Positions 9,625 through 24,300 of a stretch of DNA of 64,000 bases are shown here, in pieces. The translations under genes and the position numbers were made by a program. The notes under the pieces were generated by a model that was given only the letters and a program-made list of their open reading frames with translations, searched no databases and was not told the origin of the DNA. Within the stretch, counting starts at the first letter, position 1, and each line of letters begins with the position of its first letter. Where the stretch lies: assembly GCA_024704765.1 (NCBI GenBank), contig JAKMXF010000336.1, forward strand, positions 214,207 through 278,206, given 5' to 3'. This DNA is from Oopsacas minuta (taxonomy: Eukaryota; Animalia; Porifera).

Positions 9625-10749
9625 ATGTTTGCAATAACAGCAACAATATTTACTATTTTAATATCATTTTTTGGTGTACTAAATATATATTGGGCAATAG
9701 TGTTCATGAAAAAAATACATTGCAATATCAAATATAAGAAAGTTGCAACTCGAAATATCACAGATGAAGAATCAGGTGAATCGAATCAGCAATCAATTTA
9801 CTACTTCGATACTGAAATTCGTAAATATCTCCTGCTATTCATGATAAATTTCATTGAGATATTCGCCTGCTTTATCTTCTTTGCAACTGACATTGCACGT
9901 GATTACATTAGTCATCATAATCTATACAATGACACAATTGTAGTATCTCTACGCGAATGTACAAGTGCAAACGAATCCATTATGAATCAAATTATCAATC
10001 AACCAATCATATTCCCGTTTCAAAATGGTTTGTTAGCGATAGGAAATTGTGCAGAATTATTTGTTGCGGCATTTGTCATTTGTCTAATGAATCTTCTCAT
10101 TATACGTATAAAGAAAATCAAATACTCGTATATCAAGTTCAATCCTATCATATTTCTTACATTCACTACATTATTGTGCTGTATAATCATCATTACAGGG
10201 TTCATACAAATAATTACCAACATCAGTACATTATTGTTTGCTATTTCAATCTTTCCATATTTCTGGGTATTTGTAAGAACAGCGAATCGATTTAAAAGTG
10301 CCTTGCTTCATAGAGCTATAGAGTGTCTCACACAATACGGATCTAACAAGGAAGAAATGAGACAATACAAAAACTTCAAATACACTATTAATAGTATATC
10401 TTATGGATTCCTGTTGACTATAATAGGAACTTGTTTAGTGCAAATACAATGTGTTTTAGTTACCGAGATTTACTACGCAAAATGCTTCTTTCCACTAAAT
10501 TTTCTCCCTCCGATAAGATTCATGATAGACTCACCTGAAAATACTGAGAGATTTTTAAAATTCTTATTAATCCAACAGACAATTGGCTTGATTTTTATTG
10601 CCATTGGAATATTATTATGGTTATCACCATTTATTGCCGTCACAATATACATTTGGATCAAACAAATCTATCAATATTTTCACAAAACTCCAAAGGAAAA
10701 GTATACCACAGTAGTCTCTACTCTGGGTGATTCATTGTTAAATGATTAG
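9625..10749 (+). CDS. Intronless orphan 7-TM membrane protein A (374 aa from the ATG at 9625)
   Basis: Intact ORF with seven hydrophobic segments by inspection and no canonical rhodopsin motifs. The ORF track starts at TTG 9619; the first ATG is 9625. Confidence 0.85.
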   Translation: MFAITATIFTILISFFGVLNIYWAIVFMKKIHCNIKYKKVATRNITDEESGESNQQSIYYFDTEIRKYLLLFMINFIEIFACFIFFATDIARDYISHHNLYNDTIVVSLRECTSANESIMNQIINQPIIFPFQNGLLAIGNCAELFVAAFVICLMNLLIIRIKKIKYSYIKFNPIIFLTFTTLLCCIIIITGFIQIITNISTLLFAISIFPYFWVFVRTANRFKSALLHRAIECLTQYGSNKEEMRQYKNFKYTINSISYGFLLTIIGTCLVQIQCVLVTEIYYAKCFFPLNFLPPIRFMIDSPENTERFLKFLLIQQTIGLIFIAIGILLWLSPFIAVTIYIWIKQIYQYFHKTPKEKYTTVVSTLGDSLLND

Positions 10750-12395
10750 TAATCTTTTCGAATATATTTGTAACATTTTGTTTCTTAAGCTCACACCATA
10801 CTTTTGTTTTCGTGTATATATTCTGTAGTGTACTAGTTAATATGATATTATTCCAGTCTATATCTAAATGTTTTCAATTTATTCATATTCTCAGCAAAGT
10901 CATTCAGGAAATCTGGGCTGATACATTTTTTTGATTGGACTTTCCTGGATGGCATATTTGGGACAGAAAACAGTTTCCTAGTATATATTTATAGAAATCT
11001 ATGGATTTTCCATAATTCCCTGGATTTCTTATTTAATATGCAAATAATATCGATTTTCCCTCATAAATATAAGAAAAATAGCTAGGAATATCCTATATTT
11101 TCCCTGAATTTAGTAATTTTTCTCCTGAATCATAAGTCCAATCCCTGGATGGTTAACAAGTATGCATTTTACCCCTGTCCTTGTCTGTCTTACCGTAGGC
11201 ATTTCTTACCCTACATGACCATATGCGTAACCAGGATTGAAGCCCTACCGAGGAAAAGTTTTGTAATCGGACAGGTATGTATTTCGGGTATATGGTACTT
11301 CATGACCTGATAAGATCAGCTGATCCCTTGACGTAGGGGTAATCTAAGTCATAAATTGTTTATTTTTGAAAGAAATTATAAGGCGTTGATGACGCAGCAT
11401 ATGTAAAATTCTTTGAGATTTTTAAAAAGATTTTGTAAATAATGTATGATGTCATATCTTTTCACATATTTACTTTAAACAATATTTTTGAAAAATCTCA
11501 ACTTTTCTCGAAAATTCCCTACTCCAACCATATACAAACACCGACCCGATCACGATGTGTAAATAAGTGTAGATATTACCTGAAATTCCTCTAAAATATA
11601 CGTTCTGTTGACATTCTCACGAAAACAAATATCTACTTGTTATAATATAGTATTGAGTAGTTTTAGTAACTAGTAGCATGTTCTGTATTTAAGGAAGTTT
11701 TGTTCTTGCAATATTATGGGTTAATTTTATTTATCCCATAAATGTCCTTTTGAAGCCATTTTATTAAAGTCCCATATGATGTTTCAAATGTAAATATAAT
11801 CTTTCAAAAATAGAGTTAAATTATTGAATTTAAAAAATACGCAAAAAATTCGAACTGATCAACTTCGAACCCGATCCGATCCGAGAAACCCGAACCCGAT
11901 TCCAACTCTGGATGGTGGTCTTCACCCAATGCTAATCTATCAGGTGGCCCTAAAGAACCTGACATAAGTCTACCAGGGTGCTAATTTATACTCACAGACT
12001 ACTATTCAAGGAAATAAGGTATACAAATTCATGTTAACGGAGTTTTCAATGCACCATTCTCTATTTGTCAAGTTCATTTCCTGGATTATGATTAGGTCAC
12101 TTTAAGTGATTTATCCAGATTTCTATACCTGCGCTTTTTTGCAAGGGCTTTCCTAGCTCCTAGGATGGCACCTTGGGACATCAACATACTGATCCGGTAC
12201 TTTATCTGAGTCTCACGGTCGGCACAGATTTTCTTCATGGCAGCTGAGCTAGCTGACTCGCACCTAGAATCTTAGATAAACCCCTGGCTAGTGACCCCGT
12301 CTCTACTGTCAAATAATACAGATACTTTTACCATTTCTAAATCTATTTATTAGCTTTACACTATAATTGATAAATACCCAACAGATTGTCTAATC

Positions 12396-15300
12396 ATGGG
12401 AAGAGAATTTCTTTTCCCTAGAAATTGGTCTTATTTATACTATTTCCTATTTCTGGTGCTCTTATCAAGCGTCACAACTCAGGATACAGTGCTAGAGCCT
12501 CCTCTTGGTGATAGGAGCAAGGAGAGAATGGTCGAGGTATGTAGTCTTTTGTATTTTTATTATTTGAAGTGGAACCTGAGTGCAGGTGAATTTGAATTGT
12601 TTACCTCATTCATTATATACACATCGTAGAGGCCTTCCGGATTATACAGGTGTCGAATTATGCAGGTGCACCTTCGAGATTTGAGCTCGGTACATAATGT
12701 TTTCGGCATTTTTCGCATCATATATTTGACTTTTGGCAGTATTTTAATTCATCAGCTGCCATAAACTGTGAATACATGAGTAATATTAAGCATCTCGTAA
12801 TTGTAATTTAGAGCTACAGTGGAGTCTCCGAATAACGGACACGTTGGGGATATTGCTTCTGCCCACTGTAGATAATTGTCCGCTCATCGGAGACCGCTTA
12901 AGTATTAATTACATGTTTGGAAAATTCAATCCCTGCGGCGAGGTTTGTCCGCTTTCCGGAGTGTCCGTTTTGGGAGACTCCACTGTACAATAGATAGTGT
13001 ATTTGTGAGATCCGGTGGCACTACCCAGACCTCACAAGTTTGGATTTATTATTGTTTTCCCTCTACAAGTGTTATTTTCATCACAGGTCCCTACTCCCTA
13101 TTCCCTATCTTTCGTCAGATTGGATGAATCTCTGAGTCCTAGAATTTACTGATGGGAGTAAAATTCTATATTATACCAAGGTTTCAATCGAATAATATTT
13201 GGCGAATAGTTCAATATTTGGTTACCAAGCGAATATCATTATCAGTATTTGATTAGGCAACTATTCATTAATACTCATACTCGGTTCGATCGGTTTCAAC
13301 CTTGAATTATGCGTATTTTCATATGATTAATCATGTCAGATAATTTGGCGAAACGTCCATAGACATTTTGTTCCTGATTTCACCCATAAATCAGAATGAG
13401 AACATTCTAAGTGTCAAAGTTGTTATAATAAAAACTACAAATACTGAATCGTAACTTGTCTCAATTGTTATATATCCATGGTACATTCATGTCTAGTATC
13501 GTTTCAATAGCCAAATTCTATTCAATATGTTAGATTTGTATATTATCAAATAATTCGTTCAGTCCACTCTTCTAAGATATATTTCGACTATAATTTTATA
13601 GTCTATTGGGCCACTGTTAGTTGGAAACATGTTTCAGCTCCACTGCCCGTATCTGATTTGGATACCGTACTAATGTTGTCATTATTTCACGATTTACTCA
13701 ATGTATAATCAACTACAAGGTGTATAAACTGGCTAGAGTACAATAGAAGTATCATTTCATAATCTAACCTATTCTCATATCAAATTTGACTTTAGTTATT
13801 ATAAAATTTTCTATGAATGAAATGCATGTTCAGCTGGATTTAATGTGGAGCTGGAACAAGTTTCTCGTTAACAGTGGCCTTATTGCTGACGAATTGATGT
13901 ATTCAAATCATGAATTACTCAAAAGAAATGAAGAGATCGAATAAAACGATTTTTCGTGGGTACTCCAGGATTGAAACCTGACCAACCGTACCGTCTCCTA
14001 CGGCCATGAGATAGGCGGACTGAGATAGAAATTTAGCGACAGCTGTTTCTGTCCCTTCCATGAACTTTGTGGACACATCACTGTTAACACTGGGAATTAC
14101 CCAATGTCAAAGAAATCCAGCACTGTGTCCAGAGATTTGATTAACCAAAGGTTGGAAGATATGAATGCGTACGCGTACCAATGATAAAGCGATACAGTAA
14201 GCTGAACTGATAAGACGTACTACTTCTTTCTACTATTAAATTCAGTCCCCATTCATTATGGTAGTCCCAATTTTGGTAAGACGTACAAGTCTTATCTGAG
14301 TTCCACTGTACTTCAATTACGTTCAATTGCTCTATTCTAAAAATATGTTACAGTAAAGGTATTGGGTACATTTTTGGCGAACGCAACGATCAGAAGATCT
14401 CAACCTTGGGGTTACACTAAATCTCCAAATCATTACATCTCTACTCGCCAACTTATTTCCATTTTAGGATAATATATAAACTTTCCATATTTATTATAAG
14501 ACGACAAACAAAGTTCATTTGAACAGATATACCTTATTTTTAGAAAAAAGAATTTGCATATTTGTATAGTATAATAGAGATATCTGTGTGCAATAACAAT
14601 TGTGAATTACTTGTGAATATATGTAAATTCTTATTGTATATATAACTATCCTTACTTTCAATTTCCCAGGAAAATTGCTTAGTTCATTTACTGGATTGTA
14701 CAATATTATGTTATTCATTTAGTGTCAGGTTTCTGCTTATAATTCTAAGAGACATTCCATACCACATCCTTCGTTGCTAGGAAATTTATAGTTTTTTAAG
14801 AATGCCAGATTTTGGTTTGTTTGCTGCTGGATTTCTTAGGTGCTGGTTGATTCATTTATAGAGAAATTTCAAAATGCTACACGTATATATATAACGTTAA
14901 TTTTGATAATTTAATATAATAAATAGAATAAATAGAATAATAAAATGGATTTTGAGACAACTTATTTCCAACCAATTTCTCAATATCTTCCAACACTTTA
15001 CTCACTACCAATGGGGCCTAAAATCTCAAATTTTTCGTCCCCAGCTATGGAAACAAAATTGAAAAAGTGTATGGCACTTAAAGGCCTGTTGATTGACGGT
15101 TGGAATACGAAATTCCACAAATCGCCGTTCATTTCTCTACTCGATTCGCATAAAGTCGCATTTTGTATTGCAGTCCAGGATTTGAATCGAATTTTACAAG
15201 AAAGCGTGTTCACCGACACAGAAAGGAAACGTATTAAGAAACTGCGTTATCAAGGTCGGAACAATAAGGCTGCACAGACTCTACGTATCAAGAACAAACG

Positions 15301-18300
15301 TCGGGAAAATGCCTTGTCATACTCTGTGTATCAACTTGAAAAAGCAAGAATTTCATTGAGTATAGAGAAAGAACAATTAACTTCGGAAATATGTTTCTAC
15401 CAAAAGGCATTATCAACTTCATCCAATTAGTTTAATAATTATATCGTACATATATTTCTGTTATTTTCATATTTACTCACCCTGCTGGACAGGTTTATTG
15501 AGTTATTTGCATGTTTTTCCTTTTATTAAACAATTCCTGCACCTTTAACTATGTTTACACTATTGACCTCATCAACTGGGGCCTATTTAGATATACTTTC
15601 GAGGTTTCCTTTCTGGCCAAGTAACCTGATAATTGACATATATTTAGTGGAACTTCATTAGTACGAACACATTTAATACGAATTTCGGAACAATAGAACA
15701 AATATTTACACAAATTCAGGTCCCTACAATAGTTATTCAAGTGATATTGCTCCTGTCAAGAAGTACTAAATTTAAAGGTCCACTCGTGTACGTATTACAG
15801 AGGTTCTACTGAATCAGGTCATTTCTGGTATATCTCGAGTATCTGTTTGAATTTCACATGGATTTATTTATGAGGGGAATTCCCTGAATGAAATGTCAGT
15901 TCACTGCTGTCACGAAAAGTATTGTAATCTAATTTCTTATTCATACAAAGTATAATATTGAATTTACACAATTAACAAATACAGTGAACCTTCAGTAAGT
16001 GAACACCCCGGGGGCCAGCCAAAGTGTTCACATACGAGAGGTGTTCTCTTTTCGTGACATCGTGCGTAGCAATGGAAAAAATTTGGGACCGAGAAAAGGT
16101 GTTTATCTTTTCGAGGTTTTACTGTATTTACAGTGAGTAACACCAACTTACATTTTACATGGCATCAGTAATTACAGTATCCCATAGATAACAGTATAAC
16201 CTCAAATTCCTAGTTTCATACACATGAGCCTATACAAAAGGGAATTGGGTAGACAGAGAGAATCGGAGTCGCATCTTTTGGCCTTCCTGGCACCCCATTT
16301 ACATTTCTCGGGAGTCCTGATATTTATATCGATATCCCCGATTTTCATAAATTTCCCTGCATTTCTAATTTTATTCGCAAATAATATGAATTTTCACTAT
16401 TTTGTCCGCTGCGAGAAATATCCAATATTTTTGAATGTACAAAATATCCCTGATATAATCTAAAACCCGGGACAATCCACGGATCCAGGGAAGGTTGGAA
16501 AGTGTACGTTTGTGAGGTTGCACTGCAGTAGCTCCCATTGAGGGCGATCACAACTTGATAATCGCCCCGAGAAAATCTCAAACATTTCGTTACGCTATTC
16601 CCTCTCTTATCTAGGCTACCAGCACTTGTGGATTAACAGGTTCAGAAACATACTGTAGGTTTCTAGGTCCTTCTCAACCTGATTCAGTATCTCTTGCTCC
16701 TGAATGTAATATTGATAACTGTGATAATACATGTCCTCATGGAAATACCTCTCCAACTCCCATTATGATTGAAATAGGTAAGTGTGTATGTTAGACGTCA
16801 CAAGCACGGCACAGGTCGTTCGGGCTTCTGGCTGTCTGGCCGGGTCAGGGGTAGTCCCAAGATCTGGCATTCCTGCGACAAATGCCTCGTCAGGCCTGGG
16901 GTTAGAGTAATATGTGATTGTAATTGTAATAGTAACGATTACAATTTGAAAGGTAATTGTAATATTGCAATTGATCTTATTGTGCAGCAATATTTAACTG
17001 TTCCAGCTTCTCAGCTCCAGTAGAGAGACTTTTAGTATAGCTGGTTAATTCTTTCGAACTGATAGGTGTTCCCTAAGCCTAAGTGATGAGGTATTTCAGA
17101 AACTCATCACTGTCAAATCCAATGCGGGTTTATAAAAACTGATTTGAGTTTTTGCATACAAAATCTATCATTTTGTATTAACACTCGTCAAATCCAAACG
17201 TGACAGCTTTTCACTAATCCGAACGAATTATCTTGCAATTTCTGTTCGGATTAGCGAAGGTATACTATATATTGTATGTACAATTTAACCATATATTATT
17301 ATTCCACGAGGCTCAATATTACAAACAGACACGCCTGCTCCAGGACAATCAGGAACCTCTCTGATGTTTTCTGGTGAATCAGATAGTTTTATATCTCATA
17401 GTAATATACCTGTTATAGATGATAATACAGGTTTCTCATTCTCTTCATGGTTTAGAGTTGATTCTGGGAATATTAATGGGTAATTTAATTGTTGGGAATA
17501 TTATATTGTATGTTGTATGTATGTATGTATGTATGTATGTATGTATGTATGTATGTATGTATGTATGTATGTATGTATGTATGTATGTATGTATGTATGT
17601 ATGTATGTATGTATGTATGTATGTATGTATGTATGTATGTATGTATGTATGTATGTATGTATTGTATGTATGTATGTATGTATGTATGTATGTATGTATG
17701 TATGTATGTATGTATGTATTGTGTATGTATGTATGTATGTATGTATGTATGTATGTATGTATGTATGTATGTATGTATGTATGTATGTATGTATGTATGT
17801 ATGTATGTATGTATGTATGTTTGTTTGTTTGTTTGTTTATTTGTTTGTTTTTATGTGTGCTTGCTCGCTTGCTTGCTTGCTTGTTTAGCATTTACTTGTC
17901 GTATGTTGACTGTTGTTTTTTTGTTGGTTTGACTGTTATCTATGTTTGTTATTCTCCCAATTTCCCTAATATTTGTATCTACAGAATAATTATATCACGA
18001 GGAAATGATGACATAGATTCAGAGGAAATATTCCACATACGCGTTTCTGGCACATCTCTATACATTTCCTATATCCCATTAACCAGTAATACAGCTTCAG
18101 AAATTCAAATTCCATCTTTCGTTATCGTATCCAACGTATGGTATCATATATCTGTAGCAATATACCAAGAGGACGTATCTGTATATGTGAATGGAGCTAT
18201 ACAGTATGCTACGTCACTTATTGCTGATATTAAGGGACCTGCTGGTGTATTGTATCTGGGAAGAGGTGTTGATGGTGAGCAAACACGACCCGTTCAAGCG

Positions 18301-21300
18301 TTTTCTAATTATTAGAGTAGCTCCTATAGGGAGATGCCATAATTGCATGGAGGATATGACTTCCATACGTCCGTCCACGCAGCCGTGCTAAATCTAGCAG
18401 TCCTATTAACACCAAATTGGCATTACAGTATCATCATGTTTTTCGTACTCTAGGGTCAAGCGTTTTACCCAATCGGTTCATTCCAGACCGCCGTGGGTCT
18501 GGTCGGGACTGATTATCTAGTTTAGAATTGTTTGGGTCACCTGTTAATCGGGTCAAAATGATCTGGTCCCGAAATGATTTTATCAAATGGAGTATGCGTA
18601 TATACGTACTGTAATTAAATAAAGTTGTCTCTCATTGAACTCTGAAAACCAATTAAATTTTCCTGTTTTGTGAATTGTAATAATACTTCTAATGGACTAC
18701 TATAATGTATTCAAATTTCTCAATGATTTGTATTAACGGATATCTTTCAACATATCAATTCAATTCTAGAATTATTCAAGCTGACAAATTGAAGCTGGTG
18801 ATCAAATTGTGGATGTTTGACAAACTCAACAATGATTAAGCTAAATTATCCTAAGATTATTTAGCGAACTTTTGATCTTTGACTCAATATAATTGTCTTT
18901 TTTTCCTAGATTTCTTACCCAATCTTGTTTAGAACGTTTACCCGTGTATCATCTGATTTCTATTGAATAATAATTTGAGACAGATTAATTCTTAAAATTC
19001 CCTTTCAATTTGGGGATTTTGAATATGGTAATTTGTTGAAAGTATTCTAATGAGAAATCGACTACTTTTGCGTTTAATATATTGTGGTTTATTGAGATTG
19101 TATTATTTGAATTGCAATATATTTCTTAATGAATATGGGAAATTTCTAATTATTGATCAAAGTAATGAATATGATTGTTGATTATTAAAATGTTTCCTTA
19201 GAAAGATATTTATTATTATGACCATATATAGGAATATTTGATACAAATATCAATTTTAGGTTCTAACAGTTTTAAGGGAAATTTGGATGTTCCAGCTTAT
19301 TATACACAAGCGATAACTCAAAGGTAATTTGAAATAATTTTTCCTGTCTTATACGTATTTAACAAATCTGGCAATTGAACACTTCCTTCAGGACATTTCT
19401 GTGCTCGGATATTTCGTCCACAATGGCATCATTTATTTCACACCATGTTTGTAGTTTGTTTTTATTGTGCTAATTATTCCAGACGAAATGTTATGTTGGT
19501 GCTAAGAAATATCCGAGATGAAGTTCCGGTGACTGTGCGCTCTCCATTCTCCAATATTCTGGGGCGTAATTTGAGATCCCAGAGCGAGAAGGCAAGGATG
19601 GATATTTGCCTCAATATAATGGGGATTACAATAGGAAGATGGGGTAACATCCGAAAAAGCGAGGCAACTGTCTCCTCTGCCTCAATCGTAGTTACACCCC
19701 AGCTAATCTGTCCATTTTATAGCTCGCTATTAATTTTAAAGAGTATATACTCTTTAGTCTTTTTATCTTATGAAAATTTGGGGATTGAAACTACCGTATT
19801 GCAACACTTATTATTTCCTCACTTTTTGTTGACCCAATTATGTATGATAATTTGTAAATTTTGCCGAAAATTTCATCAAAACATTTTCTTGTGTGTGCTA
19901 ATAAATTTGTATTTACAAGTCTTGGAGCGTTTTTTCTAGCCCCGAGCGCTTATTTTAGGAAATACGTTATGATACTATTATTTAATAACTGAATTCTCAT
20001 TTTCGGATCTTTTTCACAATTCCTCTTTCAAAACATTTCAATATTTATTTCACATTGATGCTCCTTGTATAGAGAAGCATATGAAGTACATTCAGGATCT
20101 CTCTCCTTCCTTCATCTCTCACCAAATTGCAGATGTCCTCCCTCACACCCTGTTGTATCACTCACAACACCCTCATTATGTACCCAACATCCTGGATTAA
20201 CCACAGACAGAGGGAATAATAACAGACTGAATACAGATGCACATCCTCCAAGCTACTCTAATGATAATTTTACTAATTCATATTGGCTGTCTTCGCCTGG
20301 TGATAGGATGCTTAATATTACTTATGTACTCAGTGATAAACTCATTGAGGTTTGTGATTATTCTTCACATTAAGACAAGCCGCTTCACTTGCTCGTGCTG
20401 CGCGGCTTGCGAACACTTTGTGTTCGAATGGGACTCGACACTTCGTGCCTCGAGTTTAGCAAAGTCTAAAATTGCAAAATTGAATAAATTACTTAATATT
20501 AACACGATGAGTACATAGTTATGCGACATCTCAGAATTGATAAATTCGAATCTAATACAACATTCCACAAATCCTTTCCTTGGCAACGGACAAACAGACA
20601 GACAAAAATAACAACTTTTCCCTCTTAAGAGTGAAGTTACGAAATTTATCTACACGTTAATCATACCTTTGTGTTATACCATGTGTTTATATCCGAACTA
20701 ACAGCATATGTATATATACATCATATACAGGAGAATTTTAGGACCCCTCTGGAGGCTACTATTCAAGGATTCCCCTGAGGGATCCAAAAATTCCCTCCAA
20801 AACATGATATATCCTCGCTTTTGCCACTAGCATTCCTTGACCTAGCACGAATATTGAATATTCGAATATTCGAAAGTTACCATTTCAAATATTTGTTCCG
20901 GTCATTTTGCTCATAATATCGAACAAACAATTCGTAACTGTCCAACTATAATTTCCCATTTCTTTAGGTTCTTTTCATTCTCGCGGAATTCAGAAGTCCT
21001 AGACCTCAATCAATTGTTTTACTAAAATCCTCAGATGATGGCAATACATTTACTCCATTACAATATTTCTCTAGTGATTGTATGGGAGATTTTGGGCTCA
21101 TGGCTGGTGCTGATATTACTTCTCCTTCTGATGCTGTCTGTGTTGATACTTACTCTCTGTAAGTATTGAATATTACCACTTGATAACATACAAGAAAACA
21201 GATAGATAAATAAACAAACAAACAAACAAATATAGAAATAACTAAACTAACTAACAAATAAGGAAATAAACAAGAATTTTCTATTTCCAATTTATTTTAT

Positions 21301-24300
21301 TTCTAACATTTTTTCGATTAAAATATTTAACACATTTTTACACGGAAAAATTGTTAAAAATATCCGTTTTCTAATTGAAAAATGAATACAGATTATTTTA
21401 TCTAATGAACATCTCATCTTTAGTCAGAGTCCTCTATCTACAGCCACAATCAGTTTAAATCTATTCCATCCAGATAGACCAGGTGTATCATCCTTCAATA
21501 CTAATCTAGAAATAAGAGATTTTATATCTGCCAATCAAGTACGATTCTCTTTCAGGAATTACTTCACGGAATTTACTACAGACAGGCATCTGTATTACTC
21601 TCTCTCCACTGTTACTGTTGCAGCTAGGTATAGTTAGTTACTTGTAGTAAACTTCTCCCGTTACAATCGAGTCTCCCATTAAGGGACGCATTGGGGATTA
21701 GATTTTCTCCTTTGTAAGTGAGATATCCGCTTCTCAGAGATTGATTAAGTATTATTTACATGTAATAGTAACTTATTCGTTCCATGAGCTTGTACGTTTT
21801 GGGAGACTCCACTGTATCATATTTCACGAAGTCGATCTATCTCATCATTCTAGTCTATGTATTTCCATTATCCGTATTTATCAAACTACTATTTGATGTT
21901 TTAGATGTAAGTGTAACGGTCATGCAGATAGCTGTATATTCAGTCCCACATCTTCTACTTGTCAATGTCAACACAATACACAAGGAGATTTGGTAAGAAT
22001 ATTTGAAGTGTTGCTAATCGCAATTTCGTATCCGAAACTTTCATCATCGTGCATTATCATAGTTATACTGTGTTTAGTAAAATTAGCGTTTTATTGTGTG
22101 AATAGCTAATTAGAGTTTCTTGAGCTACAGGGTTCGTTTATTTTACACCTCATTGACGTCATAAAATCACACATATTCCCGACAGTATTCGGTTAACGAG
22201 ATTCTACTGTATTATGATAAATTTATAAACGGACAGATATATTTATTACGAGCCTTTGGCTCGTCGCTTCATGATGAACTCGTCGCATTGTGCCTCGAGG
22301 TATCCATTATTCTCCAAATTGACGGCCCCTTTAAGTATTATAACATAGATATATTTAGAACAATGTAATTCACAAATATACGTATATGGCATATATAATA
22401 TTGCATTATTTTGTAAGATCAACCCTCTTTGCAGCCGTTGAGAGCAAACCTATTCATAGAAACAACAATAATTTACATATCAAAGGACAAACAAAATTGA
22501 GATTTAATAATATAGATTACATGACATACATACTTTACTTTTTAGTGTGAAGAGTGTCTTCCTCTCTACAATGACAAACCGTGGCTGTTTGGCATACCTT
22601 GTGTAGCTTGTACCTGTAATAATCATGCAGACGAGTGTATGTATGATGAAGCACTGGATAGTAACCCGAATGATAGAAACGCAGAAGGTGGAGGTATGTG
22701 ATAGTTGATTACGTCACAGTTGGATTGTTGTAATTGCCAATTCTCTTTATAATGTATATTTCTTATGTGTGTAAGATCGAACGTTGAAATAGTCAGCTGG
22801 AAAAATTCTTGAGAAAACGAATATTTCCCTCAACGAACAATTTCATAGTCCCATTTGTGGTTGGGCCACACAAACTGAGCACTTGAATTTCACTATTGAG
22901 ACTTTCTCGTTTGAGTTTAATCAAAAACGTGTCTGGCTTGGACAAAAAATATTTTCTGACTCGAAAAAACTTTGCTAACTTTGCTTGGAAGTTTGCTTCT
23001 CCATCGTATGACTGTGATAGGAACATAGCCAGCACTTTACGTAAGAAGGTGCCAAGGTTTTGACAGGTGACGCTACCCTGTCTACATCCTGTACTGGAAA
23101 TCAACCAAGAAAGTTTACAGTGCGTTAATACTGAAGTATCATTGAACTATTGGCTTAATTTCCAAGTTTTCTGCTAATTAACTTAGTGGTTTATATTGAA
23201 ATTAGATTCTAAATTATTCCGTTAGAAACAAAATGATCTGAAAATGCTCTTATCACATAATTGTTAGATTCAATTAAACTCTTTCAACACATAATACTGA
23301 TAAATCAATTTACATATTAACCTTTATTCTAAGATCAATTTGAACTGATACAAACTATGTACCAGTTAGAGTCTATACAAATCATTGGTAATTGAGATTT
23401 TCATTGAAATGGGTTTCTTGATAACTTACAATAGTTTAGAAGAATTGTTTTAATACGTATAACAGCAGGTATACTTTTGGCTATAGTTTAATAGTTCAAG
23501 TAACTTTCTAGGTAAATTGTCCCTCGAAATGGTTGGGAGATCATATATTCATGTTTTCTAGGTCAAAATATGTTAGGTCAGTTTGTGCGAGCAAAACACT
23601 TTGAAGGAAATTTGACTTTTTCAGAGTTTGAACTTTTTATTGGAACTGATTTTATCCATATTTCAGTTGGTTCATTCGTGCAACCTCTATAAGAGGGGAA
23701 TTCTATGATAAATTCCTTGATTAATCAATTTTGGTGCTAAGTTTAGAAAAGCAGTATTTATCGCTATGAGGAATTGAAATTTTGGGTTTCTCAGAGAGAC
23801 TATTTTACAAAATTGTATATTCAATCAACAACCTTAGGGCGTATTATAATAATCGAATATCTCTTCTCTCATTTGAGGATGCATTTGGAAATATAAATGG
23901 GGCATGGGAGGTTATCAGGCCCGACTTTGATTTATTCCGAATTCTACAACCATACTAGTAATGAGAATCAATTTTAGTACTACACTAAGAATGTTCTTAT
24001 AACCGGTAAAAATCCCATGGAGTAGAATACAACAGATTCCCTAATTCAAATTATGGTTCTTACAATCGGTGTTCTTATATCCGGCATCACAAAAATTGCT
24101 TTATAATGTTTATGCAAAATAACAACTTGCATTCTTTTCTAAACAATGAATCAAATCTATGACAGTTTGCATCAGACAACCTGCATGCTTGTTGACTTCA
24201 ATAATGAAAGCCTTCTACACCGGATGAACTGTAATTTTGAACTATCAGCTTATACTTTTATTGTAATATACTTTTCTACGACGTTTATTCGAAACTTTTA

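Noticed and set aside
17419-18315. Long ORFs of MYVC/TYIH repeats (298, 148, 147, 123 aa)
   Set aside because: Open frames produced by the (TATG)n microsatellite; only 17985-18274 is a real usherin exon.
19445-19939. 164-aa ORF in usherin intron 5
   Set aside because: Overlaps a TIR element shared with 34718-34854, has no recognisable domain, and the second copy does not keep the frame.
22793-23104. 103-aa minus-strand ORF in usherin intron 10
   Set aside because: No domain, motif or paralog seen; consistent with a chance ORF in repeat-derived intron sequence.
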